DNA of 64,000 nucleotides from Bacteriovoracia bacterium (GTDB lineage Bacteria > Bdellovibrionota > UBA1018 > CAIPTA01). This document shows positions 9,125-18,618 of the stretch, piece after piece. Under the pieces are notes generated by a model, which made no database searches, was not told the origin of the DNA, and saw only the letters and a program-made list of their open reading frames with translations. The translations under genes were made by a program, and so were the position numbers. Within the stretch, counting starts at the first letter, position 1. The number at the start of each line of letters is the position of its first letter. The stretch lies in contig JBFWVL010000001.1 in the NCBI GenBank assembly GCA_050246755.1, forward strand, positions 448,001 through 512,000. The letters are read 5' to 3'.

Positions 9125-10054
9125 TCACTGTTTCTCTTTGGCTTGCGCGAAATCAATTTGCATCTGGGCCAGCAGCTCCTGCACCCCGGCGAATTTTTTC
9201 TCGGGACGTAGAAAGTCTAGGAAATCCACTTGGATCTCATCGCCGTACATGTCGGCATCGAAATCGAATAAATGGGTCTCGATCTTGAGCGGCAGATCAT
9301 CGCCATCACCCTTAAAGGTGGGATTATAGCCGACGTTGGAAACGCTGGCGTACCATCTCCCATGCCAGAGGGTACGGGTGGCGTATACCCCTACTCGTGG
9401 GTACTTACGCTGCACCGTCTGCATATTAGCGGTGGGAACTCCGATCGTTCTACCTCGGCCTTCGCCCCGCCAAACGAGGCCGCGAAGGAAAAAATTTCTT
9501 CCCAGGCACTGGTTCACGAAAGCGATGTTTCCTTCCTCGAGGGATTTACGCACGAGCGAGCTCGAAACGGTGGCGTCGCCGATTTTCCTCGCGGGCACCA
9601 CGTGGATCTCGATCCCGTTCTCTTCCGCCAACCGCTTCATGGTATCAACCGAACCGGCACGCGCCTTGCCAAACGCAAAATCATAGCCCAGATAAAGTAC
9701 CTTTGCGCCCAGGCTTCCCACGAGGTGCTTGCGCACGAACTCCTCGGGAGTGATATTGCTGAACTCTCGGCTAAAAGGCTCTTCCATCACGCACTGAATG
9801 CCGTGTTGGCCCAAAAGCTCGATCTTTTCTTCGTAGGTATTGATCAGCTGAGGAGCATCGCTCGGGCGGAGCACGAAATAGGGATGAGGGCGGAAGGTAA
9901 AAGCCATAGGCAGGCCGCCGATGCGGGCGGCGTGGTCGCGGACATTCCGGAGAAGATCCTGATGCCCTAAATGGACGCCATCGAAGTTCCCGATCGTGAG
10001 CACGCTTTTCCCTGGCGGAGCTGAGAGCTCGGCCATTCCCTTGTAAACCCGCAT
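9125..10054 (-). CDS. ribF: Bifunctional riboflavin kinase/FAD synthetase
   Basis: IGNFDGVHLGH, VSSSLVR, GRTIGVPTAN, NVGYNPTF and ETHLFDF motifs. Start moved to ATG 10054 (MRVYKG). Confidence 0.97.
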   Translation of the reverse strand: MRVYKGMAELSAPPGKSVLTIGNFDGVHLGHQDLLRNVRDHAARIGGLPMAFTFRPHPYFVLRPSDAPQLINTYEEKIELLGQHGIQCVMEEPFSREFSNITPEEFVRKHLVGSLGAKVLYLGYDFAFGKARAGSVDTMKRLAEENGIEIHVVPARKIGDATVSSSLVRKSLEEGNIAFVNQCLGRNFFLRGLVWRGEGRGRTIGVPTANMQTVQRKYPRVGVYATRTLWHGRWYASVSNVGYNPTFKGDGDDLPLKIETHLFDFDADMYGDEIQVDFLDFLRPEKKFAGVQELLAQMQIDFAQAKEKQ

Positions 10055-10076
10055 AAGCCGTGGGATATCATACCGC

Positions 10077-11918
10077 ATGCTGTCGAGGAAAGTCATTCTC
10101 CGCGCACTCGTGTGTGCGCTCCTAGCCATGGTGCCGTTTCCTGAGCAGGAAAACCAAATCTACGATCAGAAGATCAAGCTCCTCAGCAAAACGGAGTTCC
10201 AGCGCCCCAAATCGGTAGTGGTGGTGGAGGTTTCGAAAGACGACTTCGACGCTCTCCGGCAACGTTTCTCGGAAAATTCCAGTAGCGAAAAAAACGAAGA
10301 ATTTGGTCCTTGGCGGGAGAAATTTGAATCGCTGCGGAAGCAATTTTTCTGGGATGATCAGGTATACCACGCCGTGCTAAGCCGCATTTTGGCGGAGAAA
10401 CCTCATCGCTTGCTGATCACCTTTTTCTACAGCGAGAGCCTCGTGCTCCTGCAAAGCAATCCCGGCCTGCAAAAACTCGCCCGCGATCCAAATGTGTTGT
10501 GGGCCAGCCAATTCGATCTCGACCAGAAATTAATGAAGCCCGCACCGGAACTTACCGGAACGGAAAACTTCGGCTTCACTACGCTACATCCCGATGTGGA
10601 TGGCGTGGTTCGGCGCGCTTATCTTATTTATAAAAATCATATTTCGCTTCCCTACCGCGCCCTCTTCGAGGGGCCGGAAGCGGCAAGGCGCAACGCCCTC
10701 ACCGAATCTTTTCTCATTCGCTACAGCGGCCCCCCGGGATTTATTCCTACCTGCAGCGTGCAGGATCTTTTTTCGGAAAAGGAAAATCGCTGCGGCGGCC
10801 TAAAAGACAAGTTCGTGATCCTCTCGCCCGCCGGTAGTTTAGCCGCGGGCGCGAACCTCTATCGCACCCCCGTGGGCTACATGAGCCGCGGCGAAGCCCT
10901 CGCCAATATCCTGCTTACCGCCCAGAGCGCCGAGCCTTATCTGCCGGTGGGCAAGGAACTGCTTTTCATCTTCGTGCTCGCCCACTGCCTGCTGCTTTCC
11001 GTAATTGTTCTGCATTCCGGCGGGCGCCGCCAGCTCTCCGCCGCGGTCGGGCTGCTTCTCGGAGAATCTCTTCTCATCCTCTTCCTGATGCGATTCTTTG
11101 AATTACACGTGCCCTTCGTGCCTTTTATCATCGCCACCGCGGCCTCCTATTTCGCCTTTCTCTGGCTAAAATTCGCCCAGCAGGAGTCCAAGCGCTGGCA
11201 GGCTGAAAAGAAGGCTCAGTACCTCCGCGAGCTCGACGAACTAAAGTCCAATTTTATTTCTCTGATGAGCCACGACCTAAAAACGCCGATCGCAAAGGTG
11301 CAGGCGCTCACCGAACGGCTCACGCGCGAGGCGCGGAGCCTCACCGATGAACACCGCGGCATCCTGGACGCAATCCGGCGCTCCAACGATGAACTGGCCG
11401 AATATATCGTGAGCATCCTCAATTTCCAGAAAATCGAATCCCAGGAAGTTCGCCTTCACCATAAAAGCCACGATATTAATCTCCTGATCGAAGAGTCGGT
11501 GCAGCGTTTGAAGCCCCTGGCCCAGGACCGCGGCATCCGGCTCGAGCTGGAACTGGAGCCGATGTTCGCCCTCGAGCTGGATGAACAGCTCATTCGTCAA
11601 GTACTCAACAACTTGATTGATAATGCGGTGAAATATAATCAAAGCGGCACCGTGGTAAAGGTTCGCTCGGCAGATTTAGGGCAATTCGTAGAAGTAGCGG
11701 TGGAAGACAACGGCGTGGGAATCGAGCCGGGACAGATGGATCGGCTGTTTAAAAAATTTTCCCGCTCGGAAAAAGGCACTTCAGAAAGAGTGAAAGGAAC
11801 GGGACTCGGGCTTTACCTGGCAAAGTACTTTATTGAACTTCACGGCGGAGACATCGAAGTGGAAAGCGCGTTAGGGCAAGGCACAAAATTCCGGTTCCGC
11901 TTGCCTGTGAGAAACTAA
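10077..11918 (+). CDS. CHASE2-domain sensor histidine kinase
   Basis: Periplasmic PDVDGVVRR, three TM helices, H-box SHDLKTP, N-box NLIDNAVKY, DNGVG and GTGLGL. Confidence 0.92.
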   Translation: MLSRKVILRALVCALLAMVPFPEQENQIYDQKIKLLSKTEFQRPKSVVVVEVSKDDFDALRQRFSENSSSEKNEEFGPWREKFESLRKQFFWDDQVYHAVLSRILAEKPHRLLITFFYSESLVLLQSNPGLQKLARDPNVLWASQFDLDQKLMKPAPELTGTENFGFTTLHPDVDGVVRRAYLIYKNHISLPYRALFEGPEAARRNALTESFLIRYSGPPGFIPTCSVQDLFSEKENRCGGLKDKFVILSPAGSLAAGANLYRTPVGYMSRGEALANILLTAQSAEPYLPVGKELLFIFVLAHCLLLSVIVLHSGGRRQLSAAVGLLLGESLLILFLMRFFELHVPFVPFIIATAASYFAFLWLKFAQQESKRWQAEKKAQYLRELDELKSNFISLMSHDLKTPIAKVQALTERLTREARSLTDEHRGILDAIRRSNDELAEYIVSILNFQKIESQEVRLHHKSHDINLLIEESVQRLKPLAQDRGIRLELELEPMFALELDEQLIRQVLNNLIDNAVKYNQSGTVVKVRSADLGQFVEVAVEDNGVGIEPGQMDRLFKKFSRSEKGTSERVKGTGLGLYLAKYFIELHGGDIEVESALGQGTKFRFRLPVRN

Positions 11919-12006
11919 CCCTACTAAAAATCGCTATCGTTGCCTCCTGCCGTAGCTACATTCGGGGATTGTCTTTTAGTCTTCGTTTCGATAAACAAAA
12001 TAACCT

Positions 12007-12702
12007 ATGCAAATTGCCGCCCTTCCGGAAGCACGAAGCTTCAATCACCTGCGTTTTCTGGAGCTCGCCCAGTACTATTGCGATCTTCTGAGCCGCGAGG
12101 GCATTCCTGCGTTGCCGTGGCAAGATTCGTCTCTTCCTCACTTCAATCGCCTTGAGGGAAATCGCCAGATTGCGCTGCTAAAATGCCTCGAGAGCCAAAT
12201 CAACGTAGTAAGCGAAGCGCTGCAAAACCGCGGAAGCCTGCTGGATTCCTGGAGCCTGATTTGGTCCTTCTTAAAGGAAATGAATTTCGTGCCCTCCTCC
12301 GACCTGTTGAATCACATCACGCCCGATGACTATATCGCGGTCTATAACCTGCAGCACTCGATGCTCTTTCTCAGCCCGAACCACCTCAAGCTCATGTCGT
12401 ACTCTCTCGAGGACCTCTACTGCCGTTCGTGGATGGAGATTTTCACCCGCGATGAACGCATCACTAAAGTGCTCATGGAAAGGGCCATTAGTTTCGGCCA
12501 AGGGAAACGGCGCCAAACCCTCTCAAACGAGGACGTGCCGCCGCATTTTCTCGCGGAGAATCAGTCTCCGGGCATGCGAATAGCCACCTGCCGCTCGAAA
12601 GCCTACTCCCCCATTTTTCAGAATGGGGTACCGGTGGGGTATATCTCGGTGAACCAGACCACCGCCTCGGTTAGCCGGGTTATGCCCCGCCCTTCGGTAT
12701 AG
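12007..12702 (+). CDS. Hypothetical protein, possible PAS-like domain
   Basis: 231-aa ORF filling the gap; YIAVYNLQHSMLFLSPNHLKLMSYSLEDL resembles a PAS N-terminus. Confidence 0.6.
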   Translation: MQIAALPEARSFNHLRFLELAQYYCDLLSREGIPALPWQDSSLPHFNRLEGNRQIALLKCLESQINVVSEALQNRGSLLDSWSLIWSFLKEMNFVPSSDLLNHITPDDYIAVYNLQHSMLFLSPNHLKLMSYSLEDLYCRSWMEIFTRDERITKVLMERAISFGQGKRRQTLSNEDVPPHFLAENQSPGMRIATCRSKAYSPIFQNGVPVGYISVNQTTASVSRVMPRPSV

Positions 12703-12774
12703 GCCTTTTTTACCAAGGCTAATGATTCAAGGCGTTTAGCTGCCCCAGCTTTAATGCAACGCATAATAAACCCT

Positions 12775-12802
12775 TTGACTCATACCAAGTGTTTATTATA
12801 AA
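12775..12802 (+). promoter_or_regulatory. Sigma-70-type promoter of the response regulator
   Basis: TTGACT-16 nt-TATAAA, followed by a GGAGG RBS and a TTG start. Confidence 0.5.
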
Positions 12803-12823
12803 AGAGGTTTCCTGGAGGCCTTT

Positions 12824-14293
12824 TTGAAAATTCCCAAAGTTTTAATCGCGGACGATGAGAAAGAATTGCGCGAAAGCATCAGCGCAACCCTCGAACATAT
12901 GGGCTTTCAAACCGTGCTCGCCGCCGACGGGGAGGAAGCCATCGCCAAAGCGCAGACCGAAGATTTTTCGATCGCCATCCTCGATGTGAACATGCCGAAA
13001 CGCAACGGCTTCGAAGCCCTGCGTGCGATCCGCGAAAACGACCCTTCGATTTTAGTCCTGATGATCACCGCGCACGGGAACGTAACCGACGCCGTGGAAG
13101 CCCTCAAAGAAGGCGCCTTCAATTATATTGAGAAGCCGGTGAAGGAATCCCACCTCCGTGACCTCGTGGAAAAAGCGTCGAAGACCCACCAGGCCGTGCG
13201 CGAGGTAGCGCTCTCTTCTCCTACCATCAAGCTCGAGAACGGCCAGGAATTCGTGGGCCACTCCCGGCAAATGAAAAGTGTTTTCTCGCTCATCCAGCGC
13301 CTGGGGAATATGTCCACCTCCGTGCTGATCCGCGGGGAAAACGGCACGGGCAAAGAACTCGTGGCTTCTGCCATACATAGCTCCGGCGCACGCAAAGACA
13401 AGCGCTTCGTGGCCGTGAACTGCGGCGCCATCCCGGAAAATCTCATGGAGAGCGAGCTCTTCGGCCACGAAAAAGGAGCCTTCACCGGCGCCAACGCCCG
13501 GCATATCGGAAAATTCCAATACGCCGAGGGCGGAACGCTTTTTCTCGACGAGATCGGGGAGCTCTCCACGCAAATGCAGGTGAAGCTCCTGCGCGTGCTC
13601 CAGGAACGCACCTTTACTCCCGTGGGCTCCAATCGCGAGATCCGCTGCGATATCCGTGTGATCGCCGCCACGAACCGCGATCTGGAAAAAATGATCCGCG
13701 AAGGCGATTTCCGCCAAGATCTCTTTTATCGCCTCAACGTGATGCCGATTTTCCTGCCGCCGCTACGCGAACGCGTAGACGACGTACCGATCCTCGTAAC
13801 GAACTTCATCCAGAAGTTCAATCGCCTGCATAACCGGAATATTTCCGGAATCAATCCCGATGCGCTCGAAAGCCTCAAACGTTACGACTGGCCGGGAAAT
13901 ATCCGCGAGCTCGAGAACGCCGTGGAACGCTCCTTTGTGATGGAGCTCGGCGAAACGATTTCTTTGCGCGCGCTACCGGAACAAATTTCAGGCCTCTCGG
14001 CCGAAGAAAATACGCAGCCCGAAGACACCGTGGCCACGCTCACCGTGAAGGCCTCCGGAGATTCCGAGATCCTCGTGGCGGGAATCGATTTTCAGCAAGA
14101 GAAGGAAGACTTCGAGCGCCAGTTCATCATCAACGCGCTAAAGCGCTTCAACGGTCGCATCAACCAAACCGTGGCGCACGCGAATATCCCGAAGAACACT
14201 TTGCTACGCAAGATCCGCAAATACGATATCAAGCCCTTTGAGTTCGGCGCGGAATCTCACGAAGACGAAATGGTTCCAGACGAAACCCTATAG
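12824..14293 (+). CDS. NtrC-family sigma-54-dependent response regulator
   Basis: Receiver domain (ADDE, LDVNMP, KP); AAA+ domain with GENGTGKE, GAFTGA and LDEIGE; C-terminal HTH. Confidence 0.96.
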   Translation: MKIPKVLIADDEKELRESISATLEHMGFQTVLAADGEEAIAKAQTEDFSIAILDVNMPKRNGFEALRAIRENDPSILVLMITAHGNVTDAVEALKEGAFNYIEKPVKESHLRDLVEKASKTHQAVREVALSSPTIKLENGQEFVGHSRQMKSVFSLIQRLGNMSTSVLIRGENGTGKELVASAIHSSGARKDKRFVAVNCGAIPENLMESELFGHEKGAFTGANARHIGKFQYAEGGTLFLDEIGELSTQMQVKLLRVLQERTFTPVGSNREIRCDIRVIAATNRDLEKMIREGDFRQDLFYRLNVMPIFLPPLRERVDDVPILVTNFIQKFNRLHNRNISGINPDALESLKRYDWPGNIRELENAVERSFVMELGETISLRALPEQISGLSAEENTQPEDTVATLTVKASGDSEILVAGIDFQQEKEDFERQFIINALKRFNGRINQTVAHANIPKNTLLRKIRKYDIKPFEFGAESHEDEMVPDETL

Positions 14294-14451
14294 GGTGCGT
14301 TATCCCGCTAACGGGTAGCCATTTCGATTTCATCTTCCCTTAAAATCGGCCTGAGCGGCAATTTGACTAATTGCGCGTTCCGCATTTAGCCTATTCCTAC
14401 CCGACGCAATCCGGAAGCTCCCGACGCGCTTCCATTTTTGAAGGAGCCGCT

Positions 14452-15126
14452 ATGCGACTCATGCGTCGGTGCTTGTTCTTACTCCCCATATTAATCCTAT
14501 GGTCTTGCGGTAAAGCCGAAGATACGGCGCCAAGTAACTATCTCATGGGAGCGGGAGCAACCTCCCCCCATTCTCCCAATCAACCCCTGCTGCCTTCGGG
14601 CCCTCACGCGGCCGCTTTATGGAATGGCGTACGACAATCCAGTGCCTGGACTAATGCCGTGGTTTCCGTGGTGCGCGCACGCATGGGCCAGTTTGATCGC
14701 GCACGCGACGTGGAGGAGTTCTGCCCTGGCTATGGCAGCGCTTCGCTCACACAGCGAGAAGCTTGCTGGATTCGCCTAATCAGCGCGGTATCTAAATTTG
14801 AAAGCAGCTTTAACCCACGCGATACCTACCGCGAAGACAACGGCCGCATGAGCGTGGGCCTGCTCGCGCTCTCGAATGGAGAATGCCCGGAGGCGAAAGG
14901 CTCGGCTGGGCTGAAGAACCCCATCGGCAATCTACTTTGCGGCACGCGGATTATGGCGGAGCTGATCGCGCGCGACGGCAGCATCGAGAGCCCGGCCCCG
15001 CGGCGCGGAGCCTCCGCGTACTGGTCGGTTCTACGGCGGCCCTATAACCACAATGGCAATCGCCACGGCCGGCGCCACCAAATCATCCAGTTCACTCAGC
15101 AATACCGGACGTACGCCCCTATTTAA
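14452..15126 (+). CDS. Lipoprotein with SLT-like lytic transglycosylase domain
   Basis: AAGGAG RBS; lipobox-like ILWSC; KFESSFNP (catalytic Glu), SVGLLAL and LKNPIGNLLCG. Confidence 0.7.
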   Translation: MRLMRRCLFLLPILILWSCGKAEDTAPSNYLMGAGATSPHSPNQPLLPSGPHAAALWNGVRQSSAWTNAVVSVVRARMGQFDRARDVEEFCPGYGSASLTQREACWIRLISAVSKFESSFNPRDTYREDNGRMSVGLLALSNGECPEAKGSAGLKNPIGNLLCGTRIMAELIARDGSIESPAPRRGASAYWSVLRRPYNHNGNRHGRRHQIIQFTQQYRTYAPI

Positions 15127-15671
15127 TTTTTTAGCTTGGCCCAAATAGCCGTGTCGCGGCGGCGGTCAAACTCGATCCTGTGCTCTTGGAGGGTGCCCTC
15201 GAGTTTGTAGCCGCCGCGGCTAGGCACCGCCGCAGAACGGATATTATTCGCGTTGCAACGAATCTCGATACGGTGAAAACCCAGGCGAAATAGCTCTTGC
15301 TCCACCATACGAACGGCTTCGGAGATGAACCCTTTGCCTTCATTGGCGCCATTGATCCAATAACCGATCTCGGCGCATTCGTGCTCCCAGGAGATGGCGT
15401 GCACGCCGATATTCCCGATGTAAACGCGGTCGGGCTTGCGGAAAATTCCAAAATCGAAAATAAGCTGGTCTTGCCAATCTACGTGGGTACCGCGGATATA
15501 TTCTTCAGAATCACGCACGGTTTTCGTGAAGGCCACCCACGGCAGAAACTCCTTCAGGCGATCCCGGTCTTCGTCAATGCAGGCGAACATCACGGGCGCC
15601 GTGGCCAGCTCGTGCTTACGGAGAAAAATTCTTTCTCCGTCGATGAACTCCTTTGGATAGCTCTTCTGCAT
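15123..15671 (-). CDS. GNAT acetyltransferase, RimJ/RimL family
   Basis: AEIGYWI...GKGFISEA and NNIRSAAV..RGGYKLEG motifs. Confidence 0.92.
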   Translation of the reverse strand: MQKSYPKEFIDGERIFLRKHELATAPVMFACIDEDRDRLKEFLPWVAFTKTVRDSEEYIRGTHVDWQDQLIFDFGIFRKPDRVYIGNIGVHAISWEHECAEIGYWINGANEGKGFISEAVRMVEQELFRLGFHRIEIRCNANNIRSAAVPSRGGYKLEGTLQEHRIEFDRRRDTAIWAKLKN

Positions 15672-15677
15672 TTCCGC

Positions 15678-17894
15678 TCAATAGCAGAAAAGCATTTCGC
15701 GGTATTTCGGCAGAGGCCAGTAGCCATTGCCGACCACGTTCTCGAGGCGGTCGCAAACGTCGCGGAGAGCGGCCATCGCCGGCAGAACTTTTTCGGCGAG
15801 AAATTTCGCTCTCGCTTCTTCTCCGCTGGCAGCGTTGGAACCCTGATAAGTCGTTTCTAGCGCCGATCTCTTCTCACCCATCTCCTTGGCCAGGTCGGCG
15901 GCTTTCTTGAGCGCATTTTCCTGGCTGGATTTATCCACGCCCGGAACTTTGCCCATCTTCGCGGCGGTTTCGGCCAGGCTCAAGAGATAAGCGTTTACCG
16001 CTGGGCTCACGAAAGAATCCACGAGCATGCGCATCGTTTCGATCTCGATGTCGATCTTCTTGAGATAGCGCTCCACGTTCACGTGATGGCGGCTCTGCAG
16101 CTCGGCCTCCGAAAGCACGCCCTGCTCGAGGAAAAGTTTCTTGGTGGAAGGATAGGTGAAAGCCTGGAGCGCTTCCGGGGTATTGCGCAGGTGCGCGAGG
16201 CCACGGCGTTCCGCTTCCACCACCCATTCCGCCGAATAGCCGTTGCCTTCGAAACGAATGGCTTCGGTGGCGATCACGGCTTCCCGGATCACTTCGAGGG
16301 CGGCCTTATCGCGATCGGCTCCGCCGTCTACGCGCTTCTTGATCTGCGCCGTTACTTCGGCGATGGCCTCGGCCACGGCCGAGTTCAGCACTGCCATCGG
16401 CAGAGAGCAGCTCGCGGAGGAACCCACCGCACGGAACTCAAACTTATTGCCGGTAAAGGCGAAGGGTGAAGTGCGGTTACGGTCGGTATTGTCTTTGGAA
16501 ACGGCCGGAATTTTCGAAACGCCCAAGCTGATCATCGCGCGCTCGGCGTTTTCGATCGCCTCGCCGCTCTTGATCTTGTTGAGAATCATCGAGAGCTGCT
16601 CGCCGAGGAATACGCTCATGATAGCGGGAGGGGCTTCATTAGCGCCGAGGCGATGATCGTTCCCAGTGGACGCGATCGAGGCGCGAAGAAGCGCGTTATG
16701 CTTGTGCACGCCCTTGAGGATCGCGCAGAGCACGGTGAGGAAACGCAGGTTCTGGTGAGGGGTGGCGCCCGGCTCGAGCAGGTTCGCGCCGGTATCGGTG
16801 CCCATCGACCAGTTATTGTGTTTGCCCGAGCCGTTGATGCCGGCGAATGGTTTCTCGTGGAGGAGCAACGCGAAGTTATGGCGCTCGGCCACCTTCTTGA
16901 GAATCTCCATCGTGAGGTGGTTATGGTCCACGGATACGTTGGCCTCCTCAAAGATCGGCGCGAGCTCAAACTGGCCGGGAGCCACCTCGTTGTGACGCGT
17001 TTTCGCTGGCACGCCTAGGCGGTAGAGCTCGAACTCCACTTCCTGCATGAAGGCCTGCACGCGCGAAGGAATCGAGCCGAAGTAATGGTCTTCGAGCTCC
17101 TGGCCCTTCGCCGGGCGGGCGCCGAGAAGCGTACGGCCGGTCATCACGAGATCGGGACGCAGGCTAAAATAGGCGCGGTCGATCAGGAAATACTCCTGCT
17201 CGGCCCCGAGGGTGGTGATCACGCGCTTCACGTTCGTATCGCCCATGAGGTGGAGGAGATCCAAAGTTTTCGTTCCTAGGTTCTCGAGGGAGCGGAGGAG
17301 AGGGGTTTTCTCGTCGAGCGCATTGCCGGTATAGCTCACGAATACCGAGGGAATGCAGAGCGTTTTTCCGTTGATCGTGGTCATCAGGAACATCGGGCTG
17401 GTGGGATCCCAAGCCGTATACCCGCGGGCCTCGAAAGTGGTGCGAGTGCCGCCAGAAGGAAAGCTCGATGCATCGGGCTCGGACTGCACGAGCTGGGAAC
17501 CGGAAAATTTTTCGATCGCGGTGCCATCGTCGGAAAAGGAAAGAAAGGCATCGTGCTTCTCGGCGGTGAGGCCGGTCATCGGCTGGAACCAGTGACAGAA
17601 GTGGGTAATGCCCATCTCCATCGCCCAGTTGCGCACGGCCTTGGCGATTTTATCCGCGAGGTCTTTCTCGAGCGCTTCGCCCGAGTGCGTGAGCTCCACG
17701 AAGCGCTCGTAGTCGGCCTTCGGGATCGCGCCCTTCAGCTCTTTTACGCCGAAAGTATGCTGGCCGAAATAATCCGAAACCGCGAGGGCGCGGCCGAGAT
17801 CGTCTTTGGGTAAATCAAATTTTCGCGGGTGCCGGTTGGTGGCGGTCTCAACGGCGCGGAAACGAACGGAAACGTCTGGACTGGAAGCGGACAT
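15678..17894 (-). CDS. Glutamine synthetase type III
   Basis: 738 aa; HWFQPMTGLTAEKHD, EPDASSFPSGG, HNEVAPGQFE, NGSGKHNNWS and DRNRTSPFAFTGNKFEFR. Confidence 0.97.
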   Translation of the reverse strand: MSASSPDVSVRFRAVETATNRHPRKFDLPKDDLGRALAVSDYFGQHTFGVKELKGAIPKADYERFVELTHSGEALEKDLADKIAKAVRNWAMEMGITHFCHWFQPMTGLTAEKHDAFLSFSDDGTAIEKFSGSQLVQSEPDASSFPSGGTRTTFEARGYTAWDPTSPMFLMTTINGKTLCIPSVFVSYTGNALDEKTPLLRSLENLGTKTLDLLHLMGDTNVKRVITTLGAEQEYFLIDRAYFSLRPDLVMTGRTLLGARPAKGQELEDHYFGSIPSRVQAFMQEVEFELYRLGVPAKTRHNEVAPGQFELAPIFEEANVSVDHNHLTMEILKKVAERHNFALLLHEKPFAGINGSGKHNNWSMGTDTGANLLEPGATPHQNLRFLTVLCAILKGVHKHNALLRASIASTGNDHRLGANEAPPAIMSVFLGEQLSMILNKIKSGEAIENAERAMISLGVSKIPAVSKDNTDRNRTSPFAFTGNKFEFRAVGSSASCSLPMAVLNSAVAEAIAEVTAQIKKRVDGGADRDKAALEVIREAVIATEAIRFEGNGYSAEWVVEAERRGLAHLRNTPEALQAFTYPSTKKLFLEQGVLSEAELQSRHHVNVERYLKKIDIEIETMRMLVDSFVSPAVNAYLLSLAETAAKMGKVPGVDKSSQENALKKAADLAKEMGEKRSALETTYQGSNAASGEEARAKFLAEKVLPAMAALRDVCDRLENVVGNGYWPLPKYREMLFCY

Positions 17895-18079
17895 GGTGAA
17901 TCCCCCGTGGTGATGAAATTGGTTGCGAGGAGATTATCATCAAAGTGGGAGCATTGATAAGGACCGTAAAATTACTTATCGAATTTTTTTGGGCGGAGTT
18001 TTTTTTGGGGAAGAGAATCTCCGACGATGCACGATCGCCAAAGAAATTTTGGATTTCTCTTACTTTGGCTCACGGAAGG

Positions 18080-18111
18080 AAAAAAATCCAGGAGGCGAAA
18101 AAATTCTCCTG
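18080..18111 (-). terminator. Intrinsic terminator after the rhodanese gene
   Basis: Minus strand CAGGAG-loop-CTCCTG followed by GATTTTTTT. Confidence 0.55.
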
Positions 18112-18126
18112 TTAGCTGCGGCGCGG

Positions 18127-18447
18127 CTACAGCTTTTGGATAGGAAGCTGGGCGGCCTTCCACTCACAAAACCCGCCGAGATTCACCGTCTCGTAGCCGT
18201 CTTGCGCGAGAAATTCCGCCAGGCGTCCCGACCGATTTCCGGAGCGGCAGTAAAGAATCACGGGTTTGTCTTTTGGGAGCTTCGCCTTGAACTCTTGCCA
18301 TTTCGGCGTATCTTCCGAGATTTCGGAAGTCGGCATCCAGAGCGCGCCCTGTGCATAACCCGATTCCTGGAGTTCGTTTTCTTCCCGCACGTCCACGAGC
18401 ACGGCTTTTCCACTTTTCACTAGTTCTAAGGCTTCGGCTGGAGTCAT
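18127..18447 (-). CDS. Rhodanese-like domain protein
   Basis: LVDVREENE, ILYCRSGNRS and NLGGF.EW motifs. Confidence 0.93.
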   Translation of the reverse strand: MTPAEALELVKSGKAVLVDVREENELQESGYAQGALWMPTSEISEDTPKWQEFKAKLPKDKPVILYCRSGNRSGRLAEFLAQDGYETVNLGGFCEWKAAQLPIQKL

Positions 18448-18571
18448 AGGTAAAACTTGCCAGGGCGGAGGGCTAAGTTCAAGAGGCGGAACAAAAGAGT
18501 TGGCGGCGGCGAGGTAGAAGCTTCGCGTTAAAAGGTAAGTAAGGCTTATCGTTACGCTATTTTTTTAGCGC

Positions 18572-18595
18572 AAAAAAAAGGAGCCCGGAGGCTCC
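18572..18595 (-). terminator. Intrinsic terminator ending the glt cluster
   Basis: Minus strand GGAGCC-TCCG-GGCTCC followed by 8 T, 23 nt after the gltG stop. Confidence 0.85.
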
Positions 18596-18618
18596 CCCTT
18601 CTCTGCGGTATCGCAAAC

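Noticed and set aside
17934-17960. TTATCA-N15-TGATAA dyad upstream of GS III as an operator
   Set aside because: Equally explained as the -35/-10 pair (TTATCA-16-GATAAT) on the minus strand; no sigma-54 or NtrC box seen.
17923-18423. 166-aa plus-strand ORF
   Set aside because: Antisense to the rhodanese gene and its terminator; no recognisable motifs.
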